The notes under the pieces were generated by a model. It did no database searches. It was given only the letters and a program-made list of their open reading frames with translations, and was not told the origin of the DNA. Of a stretch of DNA of 64,000 bases, positions 1-9,575 are shown one piece after another; within the stretch, counting starts at the first letter, position 1; every line of letters begins with the position of its first letter. This DNA is from a virus: IMG/VR virus record IMGVR_UViG_3300025168_000034, positions 101,610 through 165,609 of that record; one strand, 5' to 3'. The position numbers and the translations under genes were made by a program.

Positions 1-591
1 TATTAGTGAATGGATTCTAGTGTGTTTGTTGTTGTTATTTGAATTGGTGTTTTCGTTTAAAGATGAATTCATAAAAGCACCTTGTGTAGATGGATTACTG
101 ACCAAATCCCAACATACGATTTCAAAGTCGTCTTGTACTTCTACCTTTCCCTCTCCTAACTCCTTAACAGATCCCATTCCTCTTGAGCTGATGCCTAATC
201 TGATTCCAGATTTCATTAACTCCTTTGCAATGTTTCCTGAGGGTGTAGATAATATCTCAATCTTTCCCATTAAGTCAGTCCCTTGCCACCACAAATCAAG
301 TACATTGTGAGACACGTTTGATAGGTTTACCACTTGAGAATCTGGATGATCTAATTCGCCTAACGCTCTACGCTCCTTTACAAAAGTGTTTTTGTAAGTT
401 TCACATTCTTTTTTCAAAATAGGTAAAGGATAGCTCCTTCCATTTTGGTTAAAGTTTTCATCATCGCCAGTACTGGCTCTCTGCATAATTCCTGACACGA
501 TTAGCTTTCCATTGTTTTTGTTCATGGATTCGTTGATCTGTGTAGGTGTTACTTGGATTGATCCTATATAATCTACTAATACTCTTTTCAT
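1..591 (-). CDS. gp21: Prohead core protease (T4 gp21-like), 3' end runs off window
   Basis: Not in the ORF track. Manual translation from ATG at 591: MKRVLVDYIGSIQVTPTQINESMN...NQNGRSYP...RALGELDHPDSQVVNLSNVSH...STPSGNIAKELMKSGIRLGISSRGMGSV...DFEIVCWDLVSNPSTQGAF. The GELDHP and GISSRGxGS motifs are gp21 hallmarks. ATGA overlap with the upstream ORF. Confidence 0.95.
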   Translation of the reverse strand, partial: MKRVLVDYIGSIQVTPTQINESMNKNNGKLIVSGIMQRASTGDDENFNQNGRSYPLPILKKECETYKNTFVKERRALGELDHPDSQVVNLSNVSHNVLDLWWQGTDLMGKIEILSTPSGNIAKELMKSGIRLGISSRGMGSVKELGEGKVEVQDDFEIVCWDLVSNPSTQGAFMNSSLNENTNSNNNNKHTRIHSLI

Positions 592-1343
592 GATATCATG
601 TGTTTTTGTATGTTAGCAATGACTTCTTCAGGATTATCGATGTTTCCTAATGGTATTTCTTCACTGTAATCTTGGTACGTTAAGTTTCCTTTATCCCAAT
701 CAATAGCGACTGGTTCTCCGTTAAGCATAACGTCAAATTCGAAATGATCAGCACCTATAGGGTTGTGGTCTATGTCGGTAGATCGTATAGCGTCAAACTG
801 CGGATCACCAACACTATTAAGTAGTGATAGTAGATCTCCTTGAGCTTGCTGTGCAGTCGCTTCTGTTAAGTTATATAGTTGGTTAGCTTTTTCAGATAAT
901 ACCGATATGCGTTGATGCATTTTAGCTAAAGCTTCGTTTGTACGTTTCCAATGGATATTGTTATCCATCTTAGATTCATTTTTTAACTTAATGCTGTGTT
1001 GAAGCATTCTTGCTAACTCTCTAATATTCTTGTTTACTTCTAAGATGTTTGCGTTTACCTTTTGTACTGTCGATCGTGATTCGTCTCGTTTAAAAGCTTT
1101 ATATGATACTTCGTTTAATTTTACCGAATATTTAGGATTCCGTTTTTTTGGTCCTTTGATTGAGTATGCATATTCTGGATCAGTTAAATCAACCGATTGT
1201 GTTCCGTCATCATCCTCATCGCCAGTAAACGCGTTTGGTGTATCGTAGGAGCCAACATTTGCTGTTGTGTTTTCTTTCATCTGAGCAGCCTGCTCTTTGA
1301 TGTACTTCTTTAACTCTTCCTTTTCTTCTAAGCTCAATCCCAT
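588..1343 (-). CDS. Hypothetical head-associated protein (possible core/scaffold or internal protein)
   Basis: 251-aa ORF in the head operon with coiled-coil segments and (I/L/M)-x-E sites (IKE, MKE, LNE, LTE). Confidence 0.6.
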   Translation of the reverse strand: MGLSLEEKEELKKYIKEQAAQMKENTTANVGSYDTPNAFTGDEDDDGTQSVDLTDPEYAYSIKGPKKRNPKYSVKLNEVSYKAFKRDESRSTVQKVNANILEVNKNIRELARMLQHSIKLKNESKMDNNIHWKRTNEALAKMHQRISVLSEKANQLYNLTEATAQQAQGDLLSLLNSVGDPQFDAIRSTDIDHNPIGADHFEFDVMLNGEPVAIDWDKGNLTYQDYSEEIPLGNIDNPEEVIANIQKHMIS

Positions 1344-1344
1344 G

Positions 1345-2175
1345 TTATAGTTCTTTAAGAAGTTCGTGATACAACAATAATGAATGAACGTGATCTTCTT
1401 TAACGCGTTTTATTCTTTTGTTGTTGTCGAGTAGCGACATTACCTCTGTCAGTTTAATAGATATAACTTGGTCTTTAACTTTTGAAAGTTTTTTTGATAA
1501 TTGAGATTGCAGGTTAATGCTTTCTTTTATTACAAAGTCGCGAAGATTAGTTGTGTTGCTGATATTGTTTATATACTCTCGTAAAACTATCTGCTGGCTT
1601 TCGGATAATTTAGCATACTTAGTGTTAAACTTTTCTAACATTAATTTGTATGCTAACACTCTGACTTCTTCATCTTCCTTAAGAAATTCAACTTTCTTTG
1701 CTACCGGTCTTTCAGTTGTTTTGGTTATGTGTTCTGTAATAGCAACTCTACTTCTAACTACGTCAGCAGCTTGTGCTATTGATGCACCTTCAAATACTCT
1801 GTAAACAGAAGCGTATATTTTGTAGTTGCTTATTGTTGACTTAAAAAAATCTTTTAGATCGTACTTGTTTTTGATCTCTTTGATTAAGTTGTATTTTGAA
1901 TCATTAAGAGATTTTTCGTTTAGCTTTCTGCGCATCTTAATTGTCGTGTTCAGAAGCATAGTAGCTTTTTGAGGCTCTTTAAACTGTTCGTTTAGCAGTG
2001 TTTGATATAATACCAATTCCTTCGCTAAAGCTGTTTTTGCTGCGAAATATTCCTTTATTATCTTGAGTGCGGGAGAGTTTTTTACGCCAGTCATTGTGTC
2101 TGCTGTAATTTGTCTCGTTAGCAACTCAAAAAGAATTCCGGTGTTCTTTATCTTCGAGTGTGTCGACTTCTTCAT
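1345..2175 (-). CDS. Hypothetical helical protein of the head module
   Basis: 276-aa ORF between portal and protease, preceded by the late motif at 2194-2201. Confidence 0.65.
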   Translation of the reverse strand: MKKSTHSKIKNTGILFELLTRQITADTMTGVKNSPALKIIKEYFAAKTALAKELVLYQTLLNEQFKEPQKATMLLNTTIKMRRKLNEKSLNDSKYNLIKEIKNKYDLKDFFKSTISNYKIYASVYRVFEGASIAQAADVVRSRVAITEHITKTTERPVAKKVEFLKEDEEVRVLAYKLMLEKFNTKYAKLSESQQIVLREYINNISNTTNLRDFVIKESINLQSQLSKKLSKVKDQVISIKLTEVMSLLDNNKRIKRVKEDHVHSLLLYHELLKEL

Positions 2176-2219
2176 ATAATGTAATTACCTAATAATAAAT
2201 ATGGCGGTTTTTTTTATTA

Positions 2220-4061
2220 CTACTCATCTAACAGGTTTTCTTCGTTGAGAAGACCAGGTTTTTTCTTATCTTTACTGTATGTGCTTTGTAATGCAGCAGC
2301 TTTGTTAAGATTGTCTTTTAATCCTTTGTAATTGCCAAGGTTTTGTGCTTCATACATTACACGACCTGCAGATTTGTTTTGTTTGTGACCTGCTGGATCC
2401 CACCCTAATGGATGTGTGTGTTTGCCAAATGTGCCAGGTTCTTTAGGTCTTCCTGCTCCAGGCCATCCACCCTCAGGTACTTCTTTTTCATCATATCCTT
2501 TTGGCACTCCCTCATCTCCTTTATACAAGCTGGCTATGTCGTGTGGTGTACCAAATGACTGACCACTCTCTTTTGGATCATTACCTTCAGTCTTGATCTG
2601 TTCTAATCGGAAGAATTCTTTTGAATCAGCTGCAATACGATCTTGCTCTTCCATCCACTGTTCTGGTTGCATGTTGAATAAGTGTTCGTAACACCAAAAT
2701 CTACTGAATAGTTTCTTTTCAACTAGATCTCCTGCTAACGTAGATTTAGATGTCCACAACTCTAACTTTTCTCTTTCGTAATACGTAGACGGTGGTGTTA
2801 GTTTTAATGAAAAATCGACAATCTCTTCATCAGTAAATCCTTGAGAATATAAGTGTACAATTGCAATCTTAGTAAGCTCGCTTACAATAATTTTTTGTAC
2901 TCTTTCAATTGTTCTTGCAAATCTGAAATCTTGTGATGCTAATGAGGCTTTTCCAGTAGTATCTTCTAAATATCCTAAATATGCTTTTGGAATTTTTAAC
3001 GCACCTAACATTCTATTCTGCAAATACTCAATGTCAGGAATTGAATCCATTTGTAGTCCAGGAGTGGTTTCAATCATTGTTCCGCTTTCTGCACCACGAA
3101 CTGGTAAGTAGAAGTCTTCAAGAATATTTTGCATGTTGTACTTGAGGTTGTAATCTCCCGTACTCTCATCTATAAATGGAACCTTTTTCATTTTGTTAAT
3201 CATACCTTCCATAAAAGCGTCAACTTCGTTTGGTGGTATGTTACCAATATCTATTTTAAAAATTCGTTTGTCTGGAGCTCTCATGATACGATGAATTAAC
3301 ATTGCATCTTCCATTAGTGTGAGTTGTTTCCATACCTTTCTTGCTGGCTCTAATAAAGATCTACCGTATGGTAAAAAGTTAGTATCATTTAATAATCTAA
3401 AGTGAGCAATCTCATAATTATCATATTCTTCGGTTGAGTTACGATGTATTGTAGTTGTAGCAATCCCTGACATCATGTCTCTTTTAAAAGTGACTTTGTT
3501 TGGATTTTGTGGATCCATACCCTCTTCTCGTACCATCTCATAAGCTGAGATTGGTTCCACGTTTGTGATTCCATACTTCTCGGTGATGTTTAGGTGTAGG
3601 TAAAAATCACCATATTTCAACGTACTACGTACCCATGGCCATAAATTAAATTCAACATTAAGAATGTCGTAAAATAGATTGTGAAGTACTTTGTGAATCT
3701 TATCATTGTTTGTCATGATAGTAAGTGTATCTTCAAATTCATCTTTAGCGGTACACTCGTCTGAATAAATATCTAATGCTGAAGATATGATACTATCAGA
3801 GTCCATTGCTTCATAATCTTTGAATAACTCAATTCTAGTAGCTTGTAATATTTCACCTTGATTGTATGCGGTAGTAATACCAGTTCCATACATTCGATTG
3901 AATCGATCAATACGACTATTATTCTGTAAGTTTCCTACAGATTGAAGATTGTCGGTGTCAACCACTTTAAGTTGTTTTCCACCAACATTACGAATAATTA
4001 CATCAGTACTAAATAATTTTCGTAGTCTGCCAAATAAGTTAGGTTTTTTCTCTTCTGCCAT
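2220..4061 (-). CDS. gp20: Portal protein (T4 gp20-like)
   Basis: ALDIYSDE, YGRSLLEPAR, LMEDAMLIHRIMRAPDKRIFKIDIGNIP, EDFYLPVRG, ALKIPK and DFRFARTIERVQ are gp20-family motifs. Confidence 0.96.
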   Translation of the reverse strand: MAEEKKPNLFGRLRKLFSTDVIIRNVGGKQLKVVDTDNLQSVGNLQNNSRIDRFNRMYGTGITTAYNQGEILQATRIELFKDYEAMDSDSIISSALDIYSDECTAKDEFEDTLTIMTNNDKIHKVLHNLFYDILNVEFNLWPWVRSTLKYGDFYLHLNITEKYGITNVEPISAYEMVREEGMDPQNPNKVTFKRDMMSGIATTTIHRNSTEEYDNYEIAHFRLLNDTNFLPYGRSLLEPARKVWKQLTLMEDAMLIHRIMRAPDKRIFKIDIGNIPPNEVDAFMEGMINKMKKVPFIDESTGDYNLKYNMQNILEDFYLPVRGAESGTMIETTPGLQMDSIPDIEYLQNRMLGALKIPKAYLGYLEDTTGKASLASQDFRFARTIERVQKIIVSELTKIAIVHLYSQGFTDEEIVDFSLKLTPPSTYYEREKLELWTSKSTLAGDLVEKKLFSRFWCYEHLFNMQPEQWMEEQDRIAADSKEFFRLEQIKTEGNDPKESGQSFGTPHDIASLYKGDEGVPKGYDEKEVPEGGWPGAGRPKEPGTFGKHTHPLGWDPAGHKQNKSAGRVMYEAQNLGNYKGLKDNLNKAAALQSTYSKDKKKPGLLNEENLLDE

Positions 4062-4075
4062 TCTTGTTTATTTTA

Positions 4076-4083
4076 TATAAATA
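4076..4083 (-). promoter_or_regulatory. Late promoter motif TATTTATA (representative of 14 copies)
   Basis: TATTTAT(A/T) 3-25 nt upstream of starts; copies begin at 2194, 4076, 5655, 9094, 12667, 16797, 25303, 27239, 31943, 41753, 49942, 54581, 57400, 63205. Confidence 0.8.
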
Positions 4084-4085
4084 GG

Positions 4086-5648
4086 CTACAATAACCAATT
4101 TAAGTCTTCGTCTTTGCCTTTTACATCCATTTTCCATGAATCAGTTTTGTGAGATGTTCTATACACTGCGGTTGATTTTGCATGATCTAAAGCTCTCTTT
4201 GTTAGCTCGATTCCTGCTTGACGTAGCTTTAATGCTGTGTCTCTTACCCACAATGCCATACACCAACTCATTACCAAATCATCATTGTATCCTAATTGTG
4301 CTTCAGGTCTTGCGTTTCTCCATATGAAAACGCCAAGTTCATCAAGAAGCCTTCTACTCCTTATTATACAACTTTTTTCCCTCATATACAACTCCATCTT
4401 GGAAATAATTAATGGTCGTACTTTTGAAGACATTGTAAAGCCAGCTACCTGATCTTTGGTACGTTGTACATCTGTTGCTCGAGCTAGATATCTATCTGAA
4501 TCTAATCCTATATCTTTTGGTGTGTAATATAGGTTTTTATATGAACGATCAATTACTTGTTGTATAGTTGCCCATCCTATATTTGCATTTTCAATAACAA
4601 GCAGTGCATCATTATACTCTGTAGCAATAGACACCAGCATGTTGCCATAATCCTTTGTTGTTACTTGCCCTTTATATTCAGCTACTTGTGTTGCCTCTTC
4701 TAAATCAAACACGTGGAATGCTGAGTAATCTGTTCCATCTCCACGAGCAACATCAGCTACTACCACATAATCCTTTGTATAATTTGGGATCTCCCACACA
4801 TGTAAATTACTATCAAATCCTCGTTTTTCAATTGGATCTTGCATGTAGGTTTGTCTGTAGAAGTTTAACATGTCTGGATGTACAACAGTATTACCTGATG
4901 TACTGAAATCGCAATCACACTCTTGTGCAGCTAGCCTAGCTCCTAACTCATCATCTTGCCTATCTCTCCACTCCTGATCTCTTTCTGGATGTACTTGCCA
5001 TGGAAGTCTTTTGGTAAAAAATTGATTCTCTCCTTCTTCTGATTTCATCCATATCTTATGAAAGAAGTTACCGGTACCGTTTGGTGTACTTAATATAACG
5101 CCTCTACCTCCAGTTGCTAAGGTTTGTTGTAGGGATGCCCACAACTCTTCTGCATTATCAACGAATGCTGCCTCATCAATTATTACTAATGATAATGCTT
5201 CTGAACGTCCTGATGTTCCTGAGCTGGCAACAGCTTTGATTTGTGATCCGTTTGTTAATCGTAGTGACAGTTTATTTTTTTCTGTTGTCTTTAATCGCAG
5301 CCAACTTGGTAAGTTTTCAAACATTACACTAACCTTTGTTACAAGGTTTTTAGATGTGTTTTGGTCAATTGCAACAACAAGAATGTTTTTATCGCTATGA
5401 AATAACATTGTCCACAAAGAGTATCCTGCAGATAATGTTGATATTCCTAGCTGACGTGACTTGAGTATGATAACCCTGTCATTGTCTTGCATGTCATTGG
5501 TAAGCTCTTCTTGGTAGGGATACAACTTAAATGGTATCTTTCCTTTTGATGGATGCTGGATTAGACAGTATTTTTTCATAAAGTATACTGGATCCTTAGC
5601 ACATTTTACGTACTCAGTCCTTATTAGCTTTTTTAAATCTACACTCAT
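4086..5648 (-). CDS. terL: Terminase large subunit (T4 gp17-like)
   Basis: LYPYQ, Walker A KSRQLGIST, Walker B IIDEAAF, STPNG, nuclease ADVARG-DYSA and NDDLVM. Confidence 0.97.
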   Translation of the reverse strand: MSVDLKKLIRTEYVKCAKDPVYFMKKYCLIQHPSKGKIPFKLYPYQEELTNDMQDNDRVIILKSRQLGISTLSAGYSLWTMLFHSDKNILVVAIDQNTSKNLVTKVSVMFENLPSWLRLKTTEKNKLSLRLTNGSQIKAVASSGTSGRSEALSLVIIDEAAFVDNAEELWASLQQTLATGGRGVILSTPNGTGNFFHKIWMKSEEGENQFFTKRLPWQVHPERDQEWRDRQDDELGARLAAQECDCDFSTSGNTVVHPDMLNFYRQTYMQDPIEKRGFDSNLHVWEIPNYTKDYVVVADVARGDGTDYSAFHVFDLEEATQVAEYKGQVTTKDYGNMLVSIATEYNDALLVIENANIGWATIQQVIDRSYKNLYYTPKDIGLDSDRYLARATDVQRTKDQVAGFTMSSKVRPLIISKMELYMREKSCIIRSRRLLDELGVFIWRNARPEAQLGYNDDLVMSWCMALWVRDTALKLRQAGIELTKRALDHAKSTAVYRTSHKTDSWKMDVKGKDEDLNWLL

Positions 5649-6071
5649 CTATTTTATAAATAGTACTAGAATAGTTGTTAAAATTGCTGCTCCACAACCT
5701 GCTCCTAACCAACGCTGATTGCGTTTAAGTTTTTCATTTTGTCTTTGCAAATCTTCTAGTCCAGTAACATATATGTTGATTTGTTGAGATTGAGCATTAA
5801 CCTGCTTTCTGCATAATATTGATTTTTCTGTGCTATGTTGTATTAGACTATCCTGCTTTGCTATTTTTTCATTAGCTAGCTCTAAAAGCAAGTAAGTGTA
5901 GTCAAACATTTCAACACACTGATCATACTTAATTAGATCTTCTGCTATTTGTTGTGCTGTACTGTATGGTAAAACTACGACAGAATCTTCGTTATTTTGG
6001 GTATCGGTCTGCGAAAAACTGGTCAAGGTCAGTGACAGTAAAACGCTCAATATCATTAAGCTCTTCTTCAT
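5649..6071 (-). CDS. Secreted coiled-coil protein with C-terminal TM helix; putative spanin-like partner
   Basis: Likely start MKKSLMILSVLLSLTLTSFS|Q (signal peptide, Gln+1), coiled coil, C-terminal hydrophobic WLGAGCGAAILTTILVLFIK; overlaps the next ORF. Confidence 0.55.
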   Translation of the reverse strand: MKKSLMILSVLLSLTLTSFSQTDTQNNEDSVVVLPYSTAQQIAEDLIKYDQCVEMFDYTYLLLELANEKIAKQDSLIQHSTEKSILCRKQVNAQSQQINIYVTGLEDLQRQNEKLKRNQRWLGAGCGAAILTTILVLFIK

Positions 6072-6348
6072 GTTGTTTTTGTATTTGTATGATTTGAGTT
6101 TCAGTAGCATTTATCTCCACGTCAAGTAAAGATATGTCTTGCTGGAAGCTTGTTATTAGGCTATCTTTTTCAAATTGTTGATATTCTAAAACAGAAATTG
6201 CATTTGAAAGACTGTCTACAAGTTGCTGATTTTCTTTTGTTAATCCGGTGTTGCTTGTAGGTTGCGGTTTGACAAAATACCATACGGCAAATACCACAAC
6301 GACTGTGTATAGTGCCAGGAAGATAAGGTGGAATCTATTTAGAGTCAT
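5992..6348 (-). CDS. N-terminal TM plus coiled-coil protein; putative i-spanin-like
   Basis: TM segment LIFLALYTVVVVFAVWYFV followed by a heptad-rich region; overlap with the downstream gene resembles Rz/Rz1. Confidence 0.55.
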   Translation of the reverse strand: MTLNRFHLIFLALYTVVVVFAVWYFVKPQPTSNTGLTKENQQLVDSLSNAISVLEYQQFEKDSLITSFQQDISLLDVEINATETQIIQIQKQHEEELNDIERFTVTDLDQFFADRYPK

Positions 6349-6362
6349 AACTTGTTTTATTT

Positions 6363-7391
6363 CTACTCGCCTTTGGCTTTGTAGTTTTTGTCAACGTAGT
6401 TGAAGAATTCTTTCTTCTTCTTATCACTCAAACCTTTTGGTGATTTTACGCCAAACTTGTCCATTGCCGATTTGAAAAACTTTTGGTATTCGGTATCTTC
6501 TTTTAATCGGTTTACGATTGATTCTGTTTTTGTGTTCATGTCGTTTTCTTTAAGATTTTTCAAAAGTCTGTCGTCTAAAAAGTCAATTTTATCCGCCATC
6601 TGTCCTACTAATCCATATACTTTACTCCAGATTTCTTCTGGTACTTTTGGTGGTTTGTTTGCTCCTAAAATTCTATCAAGCTCATTAACATGTTTATATA
6701 CTTGATCGTAAAATGTTTTGTATTTTGGATCTATTGCTTCGTTCATAGTGCCTCCTAGATGATTCATTATTTCTTTTTTAAATTCTTCTAATTCTTGATC
6801 GTTAAGATTTCTATATACTTTTTCTCGTAAATTTTTAATGAGTTTAGATGCTTCGGTTAAACCTTTACCCTCGTTGAGAGACTCACTAATTCTCTTTCCC
6901 AACATTCCTAATCTGTCTAAGTCTTTTAAATCTTTTATATACTCATCCGTTGCTGCAAGAATCACTCCCATCTTATCCTTTTGATTTTCGCCACTATAAA
7001 AGTTAAGCTCAGTCACTCTTGGATTGAATTTTTCTCCTCCTGGCTTATCCTTGAAGTTAGAGTTGTAATATTGAGTTTGATGTACTGCGAATGTTTGTCC
7101 AGAAGTTTCCGTAAATGTGTGATATTGAACATGTACAAACATTGGAGCATATTGTCCCATTCTTTTTTTGATAGGACTTGCATCAGAAGCTTTCAAATTC
7201 GCTTCAGCTTTTGACATGCTCTTTACAGCGTTTGGAAAATATTTTGTAATAAACTCCATATCTTCGCTGTCAGGCTTCTTCTGCATAGCATCTGCTATGA
7301 CCTTTGCTCCGGAGAAGTCATCGTCTGTATATTCTTTTAGAGGTGTCATTGCTTTGACTGTGCTTTCTATTAGTTTGTCCAGTTTTTTCAT
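6363..7391 (-). CDS. Modular putative capsid-internal protein
   Basis: 342 aa; short modules separated by LIE/LKE/ISE/LNE/LTE/MNE sites; C-terminal YQKFFKSAMDKFGVKSP...KKEFFNYVDKNY module. Confidence 0.55.
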   Translation of the reverse strand: MKKLDKLIESTVKAMTPLKEYTDDDFSGAKVIADAMQKKPDSEDMEFITKYFPNAVKSMSKAEANLKASDASPIKKRMGQYAPMFVHVQYHTFTETSGQTFAVHQTQYYNSNFKDKPGGEKFNPRVTELNFYSGENQKDKMGVILAATDEYIKDLKDLDRLGMLGKRISESLNEGKGLTEASKLIKNLREKVYRNLNDQELEEFKKEIMNHLGGTMNEAIDPKYKTFYDQVYKHVNELDRILGANKPPKVPEEIWSKVYGLVGQMADKIDFLDDRLLKNLKENDMNTKTESIVNRLKEDTEYQKFFKSAMDKFGVKSPKGLSDKKKKEFFNYVDKNYKAKGE

Positions 7392-7792
7392 CGTAAGCTG
7401 TCTTCTTTTATTCTTTGTAGGATTGTTAGCTTGTCCTGGTTTCCGTAACCAAAACTCTCTAACATGTCAACCACTATTGCAATTATGTCAGTTTGATCCA
7501 CTTCAGCAGTGGCGTCTTTGAGTTTCTTAATATAAAGATCAGTAAGATTTTGTAGTTCCTCATCAAGACCTGGCTCTTCCTCTTCTTCCGGCTCTTCGGT
7601 CGGTTCCTCAGTCGGTTCCTCAGTCGGTTCTTCAGGTTTAGCATCCGGCTCATCAGAAACGTCAGCTGCTGCTTCTTCCTCTTCCTCTTCGGGTGGTGCA
7701 CCGCCTGCTCCTTCCATAAGAGCTTTGTGCAATTCTCGTTTTACGAGCTCTCTAATTAAGGCTTGTTGTAGTTGTTTTTTTGTACGCTTCAT
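7388..7792 (-). CDS. Acidic protein with EEPT repeats (putative head core/internal protein)
   Basis: Leader LIRELVKRELHKALME, then an E/P-rich linker. Confidence 0.55.
   Translation of the reverse strand: MKRTKKQLQQALIRELVKRELHKALMEGAGGAPPEEEEEEAAADVSDEPDAKPEEPTEEPTEEPTEEPEEEEEPGLDEELQNLTDLYIKKLKDATAEVDQTDIIAIVVDMLESFGYGNQDKLTILQRIKEDSLR
7590..7636. repeat. 12-bp tandem repeat encoding (EEPT)n
   Basis: Two exact ggttcctcagtc units plus degenerate flanking units. Confidence 0.7.
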
Positions 7793-8196
7793 TTAATTAC
7801 GTTTTTAAATTTAACATCATCTCCTGAGAAGTTCTTTTTGTCTTCTGAGTCGAACATTATGCCTTCAAGAGTGGCGTGTCCATCTTTTTCTTTTCGCTTA
7901 ATCTTACAGATTGTTGCATCTAGCTTTTCTAATCCATTAAGAACATACACTAATCCAAACATGCACTGCTTCTTAGAACATTTAGCAACAATATATGCTT
8001 TAGATACTACCAAGCTCATATCTCCAAAATTGGTAAGATCGGCTGTGTATATTTTTACATCATCCTTTACACCAACATAATCAAATAGTACGTCGTATCC
8101 GTCACTAAGTTCGCCAAACTTACGAACATAATCTAACCACTCTGTTCCGTCGTTTTCATTAATTTGTTGTAAGGGCATTAAATCTCTAAGCTTCAT
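7789..8196 (-). CDS. Hypothetical protein with MKLxxL...INE leader (putative internal head protein)
   Basis: 135-aa ORF starting MKLRDLMPLQQINE. Confidence 0.55.
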   Translation of the reverse strand: MKLRDLMPLQQINENDGTEWLDYVRKFGELSDGYDVLFDYVGVKDDVKIYTADLTNFGDMSLVVSKAYIVAKCSKKQCMFGLVYVLNGLEKLDATICKIKRKEKDGHATLEGIMFDSEDKKNFSGDDVKFKNVIK

Positions 8197-8199
8197 ATT

Positions 8200-9090
8200 T
8201 TATTTTTTAATTCCAGCTCTATGTTGGAATGTTTCTTTTAAGTGTGATTCTACATCTTTACTGTAGGGTGGAAGAACATCTGCTGTTCCTTTTTCTAAAT
8301 ATTTTACAACCGCATTCACCTTTTCTGCATCAATAACCGGCATATCCTTTCTTTCTGGAGCACCTTGCATTTTTTGTTTTACAAGTTTTCCGGCATTGTC
8401 TGCCATAATAGCCATTCCTTTTTCCGAATCTCCATCAGCTCCTGGAACCTTTCCTAATGCTACTTTTACTTCTTCCGATGACAGATGAGGCCATTGTTTT
8501 AAACCTTGTTCTGTACCATCTTTCAAAGCATACTTAATTGCATTTTGTACTTTATCTCCAGTAAAGTTTGCTACGTCACCTTTTCCTTTGTTTCCTACAT
8601 CAATACCCAACTTACCCTTCGTCATTGCGTTGAGTGCTGTTATAAGTTGTTGGCCTGGTAAGTCTAACTTTGTTATAGCTACTTTAGCTCCTGGATAAAG
8701 AAGAGTTGCTGCTGCCCATCTATGGTGTCCATCCATAATAAAATCGTCATTAGAAACTATAGCTTCCATATTTGCTAAGTCAGGAGCGCCGTTTTTTGCC
8801 TTTGCTTCTTTAAAGTCATTAAACGCATATCCTAAAGCAAATGCTACTGCTTTTGAAACAATTACTTCCTTTTGTGCAGGCTTGAGCTGGCTTACTGGGA
8901 CTGCATCTGGACCACCATTAATAATATCATCCTCTTTGTCGCCATCCTCTAATCCACCTCCAACTGCATCTCCTGCTAGATCTTTATCCATCTTACTTAG
9001 CCCAACTGCTTTTGGATTGTTGAATACATCCGCTTCAGATAAAATATCTTTACGCATGTTATTGATAGTATTGCCTAACGACTTCTTCAT
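8200..9090 (-). CDS. ParB/Srx-like domain protein, putative internal head protein
   Basis: VPVSQLKPAQ...IVSNDDFIMDGHHRWAA ParB-N motif. Start placed at 9090, just downstream of the late motif; leader ends ILSE. Confidence 0.7.
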   Translation of the reverse strand: MKKSLGNTINNMRKDILSEADVFNNPKAVGLSKMDKDLAGDAVGGGLEDGDKEDDIINGGPDAVPVSQLKPAQKEVIVSKAVAFALGYAFNDFKEAKAKNGAPDLANMEAIVSNDDFIMDGHHRWAAATLLYPGAKVAITKLDLPGQQLITALNAMTKGKLGIDVGNKGKGDVANFTGDKVQNAIKYALKDGTEQGLKQWPHLSSEEVKVALGKVPGADGDSEKGMAIMADNAGKLVKQKMQGAPERKDMPVIDAEKVNAVVKYLEKGTADVLPPYSKDVESHLKETFQHRAGIKK

Positions 9091-9101
9091 ACTTATAAAT
9101 A

Positions 9102-9575
9102 TTACCATTTTCTGCAAGACCAATATCTTGCTTTAGTTTTTGGTCCTGGATTATCACAATTATGTCTTGCTCTGAACGATTTACGTCTTGCGGGATTACT
9201 CTTTTTTATCTTCATTCCTTTTTGACCAAAATTTACTTTTTTTGCTTTTATAGTACCGTCTGCATTCTTTTTTCCAGAATTTACATGTACTTTAAATTTC
9301 TTAACATCGCCACGCATTATTTTGTTAAGCTTAACAGTACGTCCATTATACTTAGCTTCTTGAAATAATACTGGTTCTGAGTGTTCTATTATTTCAAGTC
9401 TCAAACCTTCATTTCGGTAAACAACGGATTCTTTGGCATTAATCTTCTTGCCAGCTTTGACTGCAGCCTTATACGCTTTAGAGCCTTTAGGAGATGATTT
9501 TCCTCCTCTAGCTTTTTTAGCTCTAATGTTAGCCCACAATCCTTTATTCTCCTTTAGGTTGTTCTTTTTGTTCAT
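9102..9575 (-). CDS. Basic hypothetical protein (DUF6321-like C-terminus)
   Basis: KKVNFGQKGM...NPARRKSFRARHNC...ARYWSCRKW module recalled from large phages; modules split by LKE/AKE/FQE. Confidence 0.6.
   Translation of the reverse strand: MNKKNNLKENKGLWANIRAKKARGGKSSPKGSKAYKAAVKAGKKINAKESVVYRNEGLRLEIIEHSEPVLFQEAKYNGRTVKLNKIMRGDVKKFKVHVNSGKKNADGTIKAKKVNFGQKGMKIKKSNPARRKSFRARHNCDNPGPKTKARYWSCRKW

Noticed and set aside
2220-5648. Introns or inteins in portal or terminase
   Set aside because: Lengths and motif spacing are normal; no intein termini or homing endonuclease motifs seen
7483-7701. Alternate-frame ORF with LRNR repeats
   Set aside because: Frame-shifted reading of the EEPT repeat in 7388-7792
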